Source: Pelomyxa schiedti (Eukaryota > Protista > Evosea). From it: 64,000 nt of DNA. The notes under the pieces were generated by a model. That model searched no databases. It was not told where the DNA came from and saw only the letters and a list, made by a program, of their open reading frames with translations. The DNA is taken from the NCBI GenBank assembly GCA_020536535.1, contig JAHLWZ010000806.1, positions 62,001 to 126,000 on the forward strand, given 5' to 3'. This document shows, one piece after another, positions 26,872-40,420 of this stretch. Each line of letters begins with the position of its first letter. Position 1 is the stretch's first letter. The translations under genes were made by a program, and so were the position numbers.

Positions 26872-29800
26872 ATGAGCACGGGGTCGTTTTGTTTTCTTGG
26901 GATCACCCATAATGTGGTGGGCGTGGTGATTGGATTGTTGTGGCTTATTGCACGGCCCGTGCCGGTATCTGCAGCGAATCTGTTCGACAATGGTGGATTT
27001 GAGAATGGGGTACAATCGTGGTCCGTGTGGTCCAACGATCTCCCGCACTTCTTTGTTTCAAATGAGACTGCTTCCCCGCGCAGTGGTTCGATATCTGCCA
27101 AGTTGGAATTCAATGGAACATCGGATTCTGCTTGGGAGTAAGTCTCAGTTTTTAAAAAACTTGTCAGTTGCATGCGTTAAGGTGTTGGTTGTGGGGTTTT
27201 TTTTTTGAAAAGCTTGCAAGGATAAGAACTAAACCTGGTTCTTCATAGAATTGCACCCAGTGTGGAGTTGCCTGTAACTCCTGGAGAAAAATATTTTGTA
27301 CAAGGGTGGTTCAAGGGCCACTCTGCCAATGCGTTCATTGGCTTTTCGTTTACAATTAAGTACTCAAATGGAACTTACAACTGGGGGTACAAGAACTTCT
27401 TTCCCAAGTAATTCTTTCTGCATTAATTGTATCTTTTTGCTAGATATACAAGGTATGATGCCCGGTCTTGGGCTGAAAATTGGACAATGGCCCAAACTTG
27501 GTTTATTGTCCCTGCCGATGTCACAGCGCTAAACGTTCTTGTAGCTGGTGCACTTTTACGTTAAACCAAGAGTTACTTACTCGATCACCAGGTGCCGGGC
27601 TTGGAATTTTTTGGGTTGATGACCTGTATCTTGCCTATAATGGCACTGTTCCTGTCAGTATCTCACTGAGCTCGACGGAGTTATCTCTGGTATTATCTGT
27701 ACCTGAGGCTATTTTCCGAGTTAAAGACAATCGAAATGGCATTCAATACATACAACCAGTGGATACTTTATTCAGCTTTCCCCGGTGTATAGGTGTATTT
27801 AGTTACACATCCACAGAGGCACATATCTTGGTTCAGGTCTCAGAATTGACTTGTTGAAGTTTTACTCCAACAATTCTTTAGACTTTTGATATCTTTGAGC
27901 CATTCAACCTCAGCATTGTGCTATTTCAGGATCAGTTGATTCTCAATATTTCTGGAAATCCCACAGACATTTTTAATGATGACTCGGCGGAGTACCCACC
28001 GACCTTTTCCCTAACATCTGACCAAAATCTGGTATTGGCTTATGGTGAGGTAGTCCATCTATCCCTAAGCGAAGAACTCAACTCGTATTTGTCTCTGACA
28101 ATATTTACAGGGTCTCACTTTCCATGCTGATGACCCAGATGCAACCCTGATATGGGACTCTTTGTCCCACCCAAAGTGCGCTTCAATGCCCTGGTGGTGC
28201 GTCCCAATAGAGGGAATTTGGAAATCACCAACATACCAAAAGGGCTGTTGTTGATAGCACTTCTCGAGGTCCTGGATACTTAGCAATTGTTGATACGCCA
28301 AACGATGCTGTTCTCTGGCCTATTACTGACACAAGTGGTCTGTCCTTTGTGGTCGTGAGTTGGGTTCCACAACTTGGAATGTGGGGATACTCAAGGAAAA
28401 TGAGATATATCTTCTTAGAAACTGGGGGATATGTTGAAGCGTGTAAGAGGTATTACCATCTGTGTCAAATGAGATACTCCCTTTCTCATCAGATATGCGG
28501 AACTGAGACCTGAGCTATTGGTTAATACACTCAAATCAAAGATCACCTCAAATGCTAATACCGAGCTCACAATTGGAACTCCTGAAGTGTGGCTTGAGTG
28601 CGACAATGCTACTGCTACCGCCATCGAAATACAGAGTGCTGGTATGACTACTTTTAAATGGAGCTGGGGAACGTGGTTAGATTCGGAAACTGTCAACCAA
28701 CTTGCTGGCCTCCATGGAGTTCTTCCATCGAAGTATGGAGGACAAAACTCAATAGCCCTCTAATCAGCGAAAAAAAAAAAAGATTTGATATGTACCATCA
28801 AGTGATGGATCCTGCTACCTGGGGGGTATTTTAAAATGCAAGTGAGAAAAGGCAAACCTTTTCTATTAGGTTTTGGAATGGACGAACCCATGCTGGATTG
28901 CTGAGGCTTACCCATATGACATAATTCTTGATAAAAATCAGAACCCAGTTCACCTCTGGAGTGTACCGGCAGCAAACGGAACACTCTATAACACCAGCCT
29001 TCTATGTGATTTGTATTCTCTAAATTTCTCGAAAGACAGGATAGCCCATGAACTCCCCCTGTACCCCTTCAAGTAGTCAAGTTCTGTTCGATGAAATATT
29101 GACATCAAAATAGAGGTAGATTGGATGGTGACCTAGCAGCAGAGTGGTTTGAGTGCTATAATGTGAGCCACACAACAACACGTACCCAGAGCAAGAAGGA
29201 AAGATTAGCAGTTCTCGAGAACATGAAAAATTCTGGTTATGTGGTACGCTGTCCATTAGTATTGTGCTCTTCCTTAGAGTTTGACAGACAGGATCTGAGG
29301 GAATGTTTGAAGATGCTGTGAGTCCAAAGAGGATCTATTTTTTTATTTAAATAAAAGAAAGGTGCCAGATGCTTCCTATTTCTTTGGTATGTCAATGGCC
29401 TTTCTTCTGGAAGACTACGATACCTTCATGGTTTGGCAGCCTCTATCCTCGCAATTCTCACTGTACAACAAGATTTTTCAAGATCCGCCTACAATTGTTG
29501 AGAAGTTCACCGTGGGTTTTGAGTACAGACTTCCTTTGTGGGAACTCGTATACCATAACACAGCAGCAAATCACTGGCACTTTAATGATGCCAATAACAG
29601 ATTTCTCTCGATTTGGCGGAAAAGAGATCTATTTAGTATAACCATTATCAACTATTTCAACATTAATCGGAATTCACATAGATATCCTGTATGGCACAGC
29701 ACCCACATATTCAATGAACGAAACTTTCTGGAAAGCGAACACTGAAAAGTTCTTAAGTAGTTATAATTCAATTGTAGATGTTACCAAGCTGGTAATTGTC

Positions 29801-31031
29801 GCTCTTCTCTTTTTATCTCATTATTGCGAATAGGTTGCCCATGCCCAAATGGTGGACCACTTGTACCTTAAAGTGGGTCGCGATGTGCAACAGACATTGT
29901 GGGAAGATGGAAATGTTACAATTTCTATCATAGTTAATTTCAATGAGACAGCAGTATATGGATTAGGTGGTTCGCCGGGAGTAATCATGCCTCCTCTATC
30001 TTCAGTTGTAACCTGTGACTATCCTCCTGTTTGCATAGGTAGTTGCATTCCTACTTTTTTCCTTATTAATCAGACCACAGTGGGGGTGATACAAGGTTCC
30101 GCGTGTGAGGAGTCACTTGCTCTAGGGTATTGTTTAATTGATAATGTGTGTTACGTAGAGGGACAGCTGAACCCCGTTTCTCAATGCAAGGTACATAATG
30201 CCCCTTTGTCATCCACTTTCCAAACATCTAAATACCTCTGAGGCGTGTGTCACTGCATCATCCACACAAGTATGGACTCCTATCTCATGTTCGGACCCAG
30301 TGCTGATATCTTCCATTCTCCTCTCAAACCCAGGTTAAATTAAACCCCCTACTTATAATAAATAAACAACCAACAGCCATAACTTAAGTGCGGGTTTCGT
30401 TTACCTTCGCCCCTCATCAATAATACGCCTTCCCTCAAAGTTGGAAATATGAATGGCACCAAAAAACCAATAACACACAGACTGGGATGTGCTACCGACA
30501 GATTTTGAGGCTATGTTCATATCGGATTTGGCCACAGCGATGGCTATACCACCTCATACAATCAATGTGACCAACATCACTACATCACACCCGGCTGTTC
30601 GTGAACTCTTGATTCAGACAGAGTTCTCAATCGAAGTGTGTACTTCATTGAGTTTTACAGCACTTGGAAGCACACTCACATAGACAAATTTCTTTGTAAG
30701 AATAACACCGCATGCACAGATTTTTGAAGCTGGGTTTGAGACTGAGGACGACTGTATTATTACACTGACAACGGTAGTGATGGATGAGGACTCTCAGTTG
30801 TACCAAGGGAATGTGACATGCTATACGGAGTCGGATTCTCTGGTTATAATCGGCGTCTATCAGGAGAGTGAAAGCATGACAATAATATCCATTGTTACGA
30901 GTTTGAGCAGCAGCGAAGTTGCACAGGATAGCGTGTCTGATGTTAGTTGTGCTTCTTTGGTGGAAAGCTTCTTCATTCTCGTTTTCCTACCATGTTTTGT
31001 CATGTACTTTTCTAAATCGTCTGCTTTATAA
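26872..31031 (+). CDS. Secreted/membrane-anchored CBM4/9-containing glycoside hydrolase-like protein (bacterial DUF5696/GH101/129-like)
   Basis: Signal peptide, NLFDNGGFE CBM motif, GGYVEACKRY, GSEG, RLPLWELVYH, WHFNDANN, Cys-rich region, hydrophobic C-terminus; family assignment is inference. Confidence 0.65.
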
Positions 31032-31066
31032 CAGAACTTTATTATGAAAATCTATCCAAGAAAACA

Positions 31067-33091
31067 TTATCTCTCGGCTCGTGACGGTAGTGGATATCTT
31101 TCTTCAAGCAACTCCTATTTTTCTATCAGAGTTAAAAATGCAAACATGTTACACACTGTGAGTCTCTCGGTTTGAACTAGCGATGCCGGAGTGTTATCCA
31201 AGCCATCGTTAATACAAATACAATACGGACTTTCTTTCCAAGTGTCAGCCCACCACTTTGAGTTCTGTTTTCATGTTAATTGGTTGACTTGTCTCAACGT
31301 TCATACCTCTTCAGCATCTGGTTTCCACGTTCCATACGTGTTTCTAGCTTTTCCGGTTATGGCAACATTTTCTGCCAACGCAACATTAGCTGCAAGGAAT
31401 GGCAGAGCGGTGTCTGTTCTTGCACGGAATTTCGTTTTGGAGGTGCGATCAAAGTCCTCTGACCAGCGGTGGTACATTACATCAAGTACCTTCGAAAAAT
31501 TAGTTACAAGTCCACTGGATAGCTAGTACATCTTGGCGCATGAAATAGCAGAAGTGTGAAACATAGTTGTGTTCTTTATCCTCTTCTTCTGGATTGTACC
31601 ATCTTGACACATCAGAAAAGTCACAATTATATAACACTTACTTGTTTAAGAGAGAGTTTGAGAACCCCACACTTGCGTGCCATAGGTTCTTTTGCATTTT
31701 TTCAGCGTTAGGGGCCATGGTTTTTGACATGAACAAATTGAGTTTCCCTGTGTCCGGATTAAAGTAACTGGTCAAGTTTGTGAGTAGCCTGTTAATTGAA
31801 ATTGGTTTTTACAAGTCTTGAGGAATGGGTCTGCCCAAAAACATATCGTCATTTAAGTATAACAAGCACGGTGCCAAACCAGGAATATTGTGCAAATTAG
31901 CCTCTATGGCATTGCTGTAGTTTACTGTTAAAAATGTTTGAATGGCAATTCTTTCTACCTACTAAAAGTGGGCAAGTCATCCTTATTCTTAAAAATCTGT
32001 TCAAGTTTAACGCAGTGAGGGAAAATGTGGTGTCTTTCAAGAACCTGCCTGATCGTGTGTCACAAGTCTAAATCCTATTTGGCAAGTGAATTGCAGAACG
32101 ACTGCATGATGGAGCTTACCAGGAGCGTTTGGGTCAGCCCATGTGGGAATTTGCCCATTGGTTACTAGTATTATGTCACGCACCCATGGCATAAACTTGT
32201 CAATTGATCTGAGGCAGTGGAGGAAAAAATCTCCCTGTGCAGAAAGGAACTAACCTCATAGAATATTTGAGAACACCGTATTCTCTGTAGCCACCATCCC
32301 AGTTTGAGCCATATTGTTTCCTGAGTTTCGTATGCTCTGGATCACTGGCATACTGAATGAGTAAGATATCAATACTGACTGACACTGAACCTTCCATTCA
32401 CCCAAGTATAAACTACATCAACAACGTCACACTTGATGGATGGATCAATGGCAGTATAATCCGGCTGGTTGAGAGTATTTGGTGTTGTTTCCTCCACATC
32501 ATTCTCAGGAGTATCTTCAGCAGGGGAACTTGGGGTTGTTTCGTGCTCAGTGCCTTCAGTATTCTTTGGGGGAGTAACTTCAGGTGCTTGTAGGCGTTCC
32601 CTTCGTGTGTTAAGGTTTGTTGGGCCATCAACAGGCAAAGCAGAAGCTTTGGCAGTTGCGAAAGTTTCCTGGGGCTTCTGCACCTCTTCTGCCTTTGGTC
32701 TGGGTTTTGGTGGGTCGGTGTGAGGAGGCTTCTGCTGAGCAGGATCGGGTGGAGGATATGCGGTAGGTTCAAACCTTGATATAGGCTTAATACGAAGAGG
32801 AGGACGAGGGGTCTCCACAGGTGTTTTCACCGTATCCGTATCCGTTGTTCTTAAACCAAGAGTTAAAATGACCCAAACAGGGAAAATTAGTTTTAAAAAA
32901 AGGATAGAAAGATAGGTGCATTTCCAAGGCATCACGTACGTGGTAGAGGGGCTGGAAGATTGAAGATAAATGAAAGCAACTGTGTAGAGCAACATGACGA
33001 CGCCCAAAACCACAGTAGCAACTGTGCATCTTGAATAACCCCTCCCCCTTTGTTGAACGATAGAACCGCCGCGTATGACTCGCCGCACCAT
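31067..33091 (-). CDS. Stealth family hexose-1-phosphate transferase (GNPTAB/Xpt1-like), type II membrane protein
   Basis: CR1 DVVYTWVNGSDP; CR2 LKYSMRSIDKFMPWVR...LPTFSSNAIEANLHNIPGL...YLNDD; N-terminal TM and Pro/Thr stem. Confidence 0.92.
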
Positions 33092-33339
33092 TAGGCAATC
33101 AGATAAATCAAACTAAAGAGAATGTTTGGAACGAGAAATGAAGCACAGACCCAGCACTTACTATTCGAAGGGAGTTGGCAGATATGTACTGGGTACGTTG
33201 GGAGAGAGCTGGCAATTCTCTGGGGGATTGAGTGGGTTGAGATTACCTGAAAGGAGATTTTTCGTCTTCACAAAACAACTAAAAAATTCAACAGCGCAGG
33301 GCACTGTTGTCGTGTATTTTGTTGTTAATTGGCGGTTAA

Positions 33340-34266
33340 ATGTTCCGCAACACATTTCAGTCTGGATTTCTCTCTATTTTGTACAGTGTCGGGTATTGAC
33401 ACCTTTTGAAACGCTCAGTTGGTTTTTTTTTTAATTTTTCTGTTTATTACCTCCACTGAGCTTGTTAGCTTACGCACACTCCAGGAGTAAACCATTGGAA
33501 TTGTGGGATAAGAAAGTTGTGAATGGACACATCAAGAGGATAACGGACAACGAGATTCATTCCAGTGTGATTGAGATGGTGGCTGCCAATGTGAGCACTT
33601 GTTATATAGTTTGCCCGGCTGATCCAAACAAAACACTTGGCGTGAAGCTCGGCTTCCTCCACTTCACCATCAAAAATGTAACTTCCTTTTTCGGTTTTTT
33701 TTTTCCCCTCTCCTTGCTGTTTTGTTGTTTCCTGTTGAATTTTTTTTCTTTGGTTTCAGATCAGTGTTCTAATCAAGTGATACCTTTTTCAGTTGAAACA
33801 CTACTTCACATTTGAAATTACTCTTCTTGATGATAAAAATATGAAGCGGCGCTTTCGTGCCTCCAATTATCAGGTAAAAACAATGATGGTTCTCTGGCCT
33901 TTTTTTTTAACCACTGAAAAAAACCCAGACCAAAGCCAAGAAAAACGAATTCATATGTACTCTACCCATGGTCTTAACTGATGGATGGAACCAAATACAC
34001 TTCAATTTAGCGGAGTACACACACAGGTTTCACCTTTTTTCCAACAGCACTTTCCCACAAAAAGCCAAAGGGTGTTTGGAACAAACTATGTCGAGACTTT
34101 GCGTGTTCAAGTTCATGCCAATTGTAGAATCCGACGTATCTACTTCAGTGACTCCCCCCACAAAGAGGAAGACCTACCTCCAGAATTCAAGATAATTATG
34201 CCTACCCCTCAGGTGTGTTCAAAGTCTACAATTACCCATTGCCCTAAGCCACACCAGAAATCCTGA
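33340..34266 (+). CDS. CFAP20: Cilia- and flagella-associated protein 20 (BUG22)
   Basis: [22 protein letters not shown]...RRFRASNYQ...GWNQI...[13 protein letters not shown]...LPPEFK. Confidence 0.96.
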
Positions 34267-34445
34267 TTTTTGTGAATATGTCTATCTGTTTATTATGACA
34301 GTAACAAACAACACAATTACACTTCTACAAGCCTTTCTCGGTGTTTCGGCATCAATTTTACGAATCGTTTTCTTCCGATTGATGCCGGAAAAGATACGTA
34401 TCTTCAAAAGCGAAGGAATAAAATAAAACAAAAGTGAAAAAATTG

Positions 34446-37400
34446 ATGGCGGGGGCACCGGAGACGGGGCGGCTCGAAGATCTTCTTGGATCTGTGGATC
34501 TCACGGGATTACCAGCCATTGTAATAGAGTCCTCTGCCCCGACACGTACTCCTACTGCAACAACCACAACTACCGCTACGACTAGTTCGAATTCAGCCTT
34601 GGGCGGTGGTGCTACGAGTATTGGTGGTGTTGGTGACGTCACGTCGTCAATAGCGGCTGGACTTGGGCAGTTCAGCTTCTTTGGGTATGATGACAACAAC
34701 ACCAAGGAGCTCTCTGCTAGCTCGGCTATGAATTTTGGCAAAAAGATTGCTTCCTCTGTGAGGGAGCGTAGGCAGGCGTTGGACAGGCACATAAAGCCCT
34801 TGTCCAGGTTGCCGCACCTTAAAACGAAGGGGCTGGATGATGATGAAGAGGGAGTGTTGACCCTACCTCCCAAGTCTACTTTCTATGGAGACCCAAAGGC
34901 TCTTGTGTGTGACAACTGCTATCTTTTTAGGCCCACTCATCCCTCTGGCAGGCTAAAGCCAAGGTGAAACTCCAAGAAAGATACCCTCCTGAAGACGTGC
35001 CAGTCCAAAAAGGGGGATACGGTTACGATTCTGATGAAGGTTCTGAGTCTGAACCTGACGCAGATGATGTAACAGAAAACGAGGAAGAGACTGAAGATTT
35101 GGCTCACTTTGACCCAGGTAGACTTATAACAATGTCATTGCATTGAATTTTCCCAGTTGAGTTAGAATCTGATTTAGAGGAAGAAATTGAAGGAAAAGAA
35201 GAACCCCAACTCAAATATAAGAGAATGGTAATCTAGCTATCAATTCGAATTGCACTCATTTTAGGGGAAAAAAGGAAGGAGCAGGAGCAATACCGACATT
35301 CCTACTTCAGCATCCTCATCCATCATGCCTGTCTTACAATGCGGAGTTTCTAGTATAACAAGTGTGGAGTCAACTTTTTTTTCTTAGAAATGGCAGGTTA
35401 TTGGTTGTACTGATGGAACAATAGCCCACATACACCCACTGAGTGGTGGTCTTTTGAAACTCTATAAGTATTTTCCCCTATTTATTGCTTGAATTCACAT
35501 TATGAAGTCCCAACCCACACCCAGTGAATTGTGTATGTGCTGAACACTCAGGTACTTGTGTTGCCAGTTGCTACAGTGACGGTTTTTTCCCACATGTCAT
35601 TTTTTGTACCCTCCAACCTTCAAACAGGAAAAATCATTGTATCAAGTGGTGAACCACCAGATATGAAAACTATCACTACTGATGTGCACAAGCCCGTATC
35701 TTTTGTTGCCATTAACCCGCAGTTTAGTGCTCATAAAGTGGGAACAAGTTCGAAACAGGCATGTAACTCTAATGAAACGATTGAGAGAAAGGGATAATGG
35801 TTCAAAGGTCTGCTTCGCTACTGCAACTTCTGTGGTTATCCGTGAAATTAGAAGGGTTGCTGGAATGAAAAGAACACGCGACAAAGTACTTTCAGAAAGT
35901 ACAGACCCTGTATTAGCTCTTAACTGGAGAGGGTTCTAGCTTCATTTTTCTACTGAAGTCTCACTTTTATCAGGAGGCATATTGTTTATGCTACCACAAA
36001 AAAGCTCATTGTTTTCAACTCGCAAGTAAACTTGACGATGTTCAGCCATTTTTTTCCTTCTCCCTGTACAACTTGTTGTGTTTCCTGGGAAAACGAATCA
36101 ACACTTGTTGTCAATCATGATAGAACAGTAATGAAAGTCAGACTGGTACACGAATTCATATTGTTTTCTTTTTCTCACGGAAAATTACAGGATAAAAATG
36201 GAAAAAACGAGGCTTCAATGTACTCCATTCCAAGAAATGACATTACATATCTTTAAACCTGAATTCTTCAAAGGTTTAAAACAAACAACATGGCGACCCG
36301 AGCAATAGCACCGTTTGGCAACTTCTTTATTAGTCTTAGAGCCATTGATTCTGAGAACCCATATCCTTTACTATGTGTTCTTAACACAAGAGGTGAAGAA
36401 CTCAACGCAGATGCCCTTCCTGTCTCGGCAATTGACACACTTAAGGTACACCATTTCTACAAAAAAGCAGAGAATTAAAATTACCTTATTTCAGCCTGAA
36501 CACATACTGTTTGACTTCACCTTGAATCCTGAGCCAACGTTCTATATTGTCACTCCTAATGAGATACTGATTGCCTCAAAATGTGATGACGACGACCATA
36601 TTGACTACCTATTAAGAGCACACAGGTCCCACCTTTTTTTTGAGAAACTTCAACATTAAATTCATCCAGATTCTATGAAGCTCTGAGAGATATTGACATC
36701 AACGAGACACAAGTCACCAAATGGAATCTAAAAGATGTTGGCGAGCTGTATATGTCCAAGCTTATTGGTTTTTAAAGTTCTTTATTTCCACTCGTTTAAT
36801 CGCACAAAGAGAAAAATAAATTAAAACGAGCTGCATCCATGTGTCCTCTAGTTCTTCGGCAAGATAAGAAGGACTGGGAAAAGTGGACTCAGCGTTTTGA
36901 AGAACTTGGAGCATTAAATGTAATAGACCGAAAAATTCTCCAACTTAAGGTTGCACCAAAAGGAACTTGCAAGGTATCTACCAACTGACAATCCTGTCTT
37001 GGATTCTGTGTACTACGAACTTGTTCTCAATTCTCTCATTTCCAGTATGCCTTTATTCTCTCCCAAACTTTCAATCAAATGAAACTTAGTATCATCGCAA
37101 GTCCCTTTGTAACCTTTAGCTTCACAGATGCGGATCTATCCAACTTCTTAAGTGCCATAAAGAAATGGCCCCCAACAGTATACAATATTAATAGCGTCAC
37201 AGAGCTCATTAATAGGTTGTCCTTTCTTGTACATTTTCCATGCTAATGATTTTTCCCTTTCTCCAGGGAGTTAGAACACGCAGCTGACTCCAAAATTCTT
37301 CTTCAAGCTTTGGCTGAGATGTATTTTTTCATCTGTGCGACTTTCTTCAATTAATATCTAATATTTCATCAAAAGATATTCCAAAACCAACGAGCATGAT

Positions 37401-39494
37401 AAAGCCCTGTTGGTTTTTCTCAAAGCAGGGCAAGGACCTATTTTTCAGCACATTGAAAAATACCAACTATTCAAATCCGTGGAGTCTCAGATTACTTCCT
37501 TATTTAGCATAAATTCGGATAAAACAATCCGCTTGCTTGTAAAACATGCCGACAAACTGAATGTGTGCTGCATTCATGTTCTTCAAGTTTAACGTGTATG
37601 AAAGGTTCGCCAAATTGCCCCTCAGTTGAGCAAGGAAGAATTCCACCCTTACCTCCTGAAGTACCTGCATCAACTCCATGTGCGGTATGGTACAACCTAT
37701 GATCCTGGTCCTGAAATTGCCAAATTGCAAGTGGAATTGTATGCTCAATACATTTCCAAGAATTACCCCCCGCAGGAAGCCCTGCCACCCACGCCTACTT
37801 CTGACCTGACGGGCTCTGCAGTTTCTAACCAACCTGAGGCACTTAAACAAGCTACTCCCACTGGAAACGACTTGACAGTAACCTCGTCCTCCTCACCCAA
37901 GAAGATTTCCAAAAAAACTTTGGCGCTAAGGGCTTTTTCCGATATCCTTGGTGGCTCCTCCGCCGAGACTATTGCTGCTGCAACATCAGTTCTTTCAGCC
38001 CCTTCAGTTAACACGTTCCAAAGCCCTTCTGTTGTTTCTGTTGAAGACATTCTTTCTGCCTCTGGAGGTGATGACTCTGTATCTGCCGCCTTAAAACCCA
38101 TTGATGACACCGAAGTCCCGCCGGGACAGAGAGACCTCAAACAAACAACAGGTGGTATTTCCGAGACCGAATCCGAAAATGCACAAGAACCGCCCAACGA
38201 AAACCAGCACGAAAATCCCTCAGCTTCAACACCTCGGGATCAATCTAAAGATTCCCTTCATACCCCACCAGATATGCTAGAGAAGTCTCCCAGTTCCTCG
38301 CAGCCTTCCGTTATCAACGAGACGGACTCGAATAATACTGCTTCAAGTGTTACTTCAAGCCCAGCAACCGCAACTGCACCAAAAAAGGAATATGGGAGAC
38401 ATTCACTGATAAGATTTCTGCGTGTAAATAACTTCTATCCCACAGATGCCTGTAATATTCTCCAAAAACTCTTGCACAAAACCAACCTCACTGATAGGTG
38501 CTGAAGTCTGCGGTGTTTATAAATTGCATAAAGAGCAGGCATTCATATATGCCAAGTCTGGTGCCCTGAATAAGGCCTTACACATCTATATGACTGCTCT
38601 GGCTGACATAAAACATGTATTCTTTTTGTGTGTGATTTACTATATATGTGACCTTCATTATTGTTAGGCAATGCGGTTTGTCAAGAAGCATAACGATGGT
38701 AAACTTTGGGATGACCTTGTCAAGCACGCCATCATGGCACCTCCACAGTACAACTACATCCATGTTCTACTTATGAACATGGGTGTGGCGTTTGTTAACC
38801 CCATTAGTCTAATTAGGAAGTATGCATTATCCCTTTCATTTTTTTCCCCTCAAAAACCCAAGCATTCCCAAAGGCATGAAAATTGATGGAATCCATCCCG
38901 CAATCATCAAACTTTTTAGTGACCATAGTACTGAGGTATGTTGTTTCTCTCTGTTATCTGCCTGTTGATCACATCCTGTAGGAATTTTTGAGACGCAGTG
39001 GCAACATGGTACTGAGAGATGACAGTGTAATCCTTTTCCGGCGACTCTTCACCCTCCTACGCAGAGGGCGTTGGATGAATATGACTGTCAAGTGCCTTGG
39101 TTGTGCCACTCAAATAATACAATCCAGAGGCAATGAAAACTTTGTATTCTTCTACTGTGGTCACGCCACTCACCTGAGATGTCTGGTACACCAATTCACA
39201 TCCTTCTGCCCTTCATTTAACATTTAACACCAGGCACAAGCAGCTAGCGCCGTTGCCAGAGGAGAAATACTACAGTTACGCGAATCAGAGCAGCAACAAC
39301 AAAGCAACGACACTCAGGCTGACCAACAGGAGGATGACTTCTCAACGGCACCTCAACAAAGCACAACGCGGCGTGAAGTGCGCAAGTGCTGGGTTCCACT
39401 TGTAGCCGGAACTAGGCGCCGGTTCAACTGCCCGCTTTGCACCAGTGTCACTCAACAAAAGAGAATGGAGGACCAGCTTGCCAGGAATGACTAA
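34446..39494 (+). CDS. VPS41: HOPS subunit Vps41 (WD40, clathrin-repeat, RING-H2)
   Basis: Acidic N-terminus then EPQLKYKR, DDDDHIDYLL, YYELVL, IKKWP..VYN, KLWDDLV, C-terminal CLGC...FYCGHATHLRCL...CPLC. Confidence 0.85.
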
Positions 39495-40209
39495 CTTCTC
39501 ATAGGCTCTTTGGGTACAGTAAAAAATTTTGAGTATTATTTTCCGCATTATTTTCCGTCGACAAACCTCCATTTCTGTTTTGGTTTTTTCTGGGGAGAAA
39601 CTTGTGTTCTTGGTAGCTAGTGAGATAGACTTTAGATCGCGGGATTAGAATGGCAAGAGATTCACCAAAGCTAAGCTTGACACCTTTGGCACCATTCCCC
39701 TGCGTAGCATTTATAAGATCTCCGTTTCCACGAGATCACAATGGTCGTTAAATTGGTTGAGTAATTGGGTGTTGAATAAAGTATTGCTGCGTTTCAGTTA
39801 TTTGGTCTTGTTTTGATTTGGGAGTCTGGATAAACAAGTGTGTAGTAGGGCCACCTGTACCAATACCACGGCTTCAGCAGAGGCTGACTGGGAACGTCAT
39901 AACCTTTCTGTTGTCAGTTTTTCCTCCCAAATCAAATTTACCTTCTTATCACTGCAAGTAACTTTTACAACTATCAGATATTCCATGCTGCGTGCTCTGT
40001 GCTGCTTCAACTGGGTCAGTGACAATGGAAGACTTCAGACACTGATATCTCAGGACTCGAGATACAATGATTTGTCACTATCAGTCAGCTTTTCAATAAT
40101 CAAGTGTATGTCTCCCTTCACTTCTCTCTTATGTATTTCCCTCCTGCATGATGATATGCTTTTACTTGTGTCTCTCAGCACATTAGGGTGCGCCTTGGCA
40201 TTCTTGAAC

Positions 40210-40323
40210 GATATCAAAGTGTTATACGAAAAGAATTGCCGATTTATCTACTCCCTAGAGGAACAGAAAATCCTCTAGGGAGTCGATAAATCTGCAATTC
40301 TTTACGTATAACACTTTGATATC
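40210..40323. repeat. Near-perfect palindrome: 53-bp arms, 8-nt loop, 3 mismatches
   Basis: 40210-40262 is the reverse complement of 40271-40323 at 50/53 positions. Confidence 0.95.
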
Positions 40324-40382
40324 CTTTTAGGCGGAGGGTAAAGTATTAGTGAGTTTCCCGTAAAAAGCGTACAAAATGGACG

Positions 40383-40420
40383 TTCTAATCGGTTTCTAAT
40401 TGTTTCTGATGATTTCTAAT
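40383..40420 (+). repeat. Short tandem TTCT(A/G)AT array (4 copies, ~10-nt period)
   Basis: ttctaatc ggtttctaat tgtttctgat gatttctaat. Confidence 0.7.

Noticed and set aside
36361-36370. Other ATATCC/GTATCC matches (e.g. 8963, 14903, 29682, 36361)
   Set aside because: They lie in continuous in-frame exons with no need for splicing and no matching branch site.
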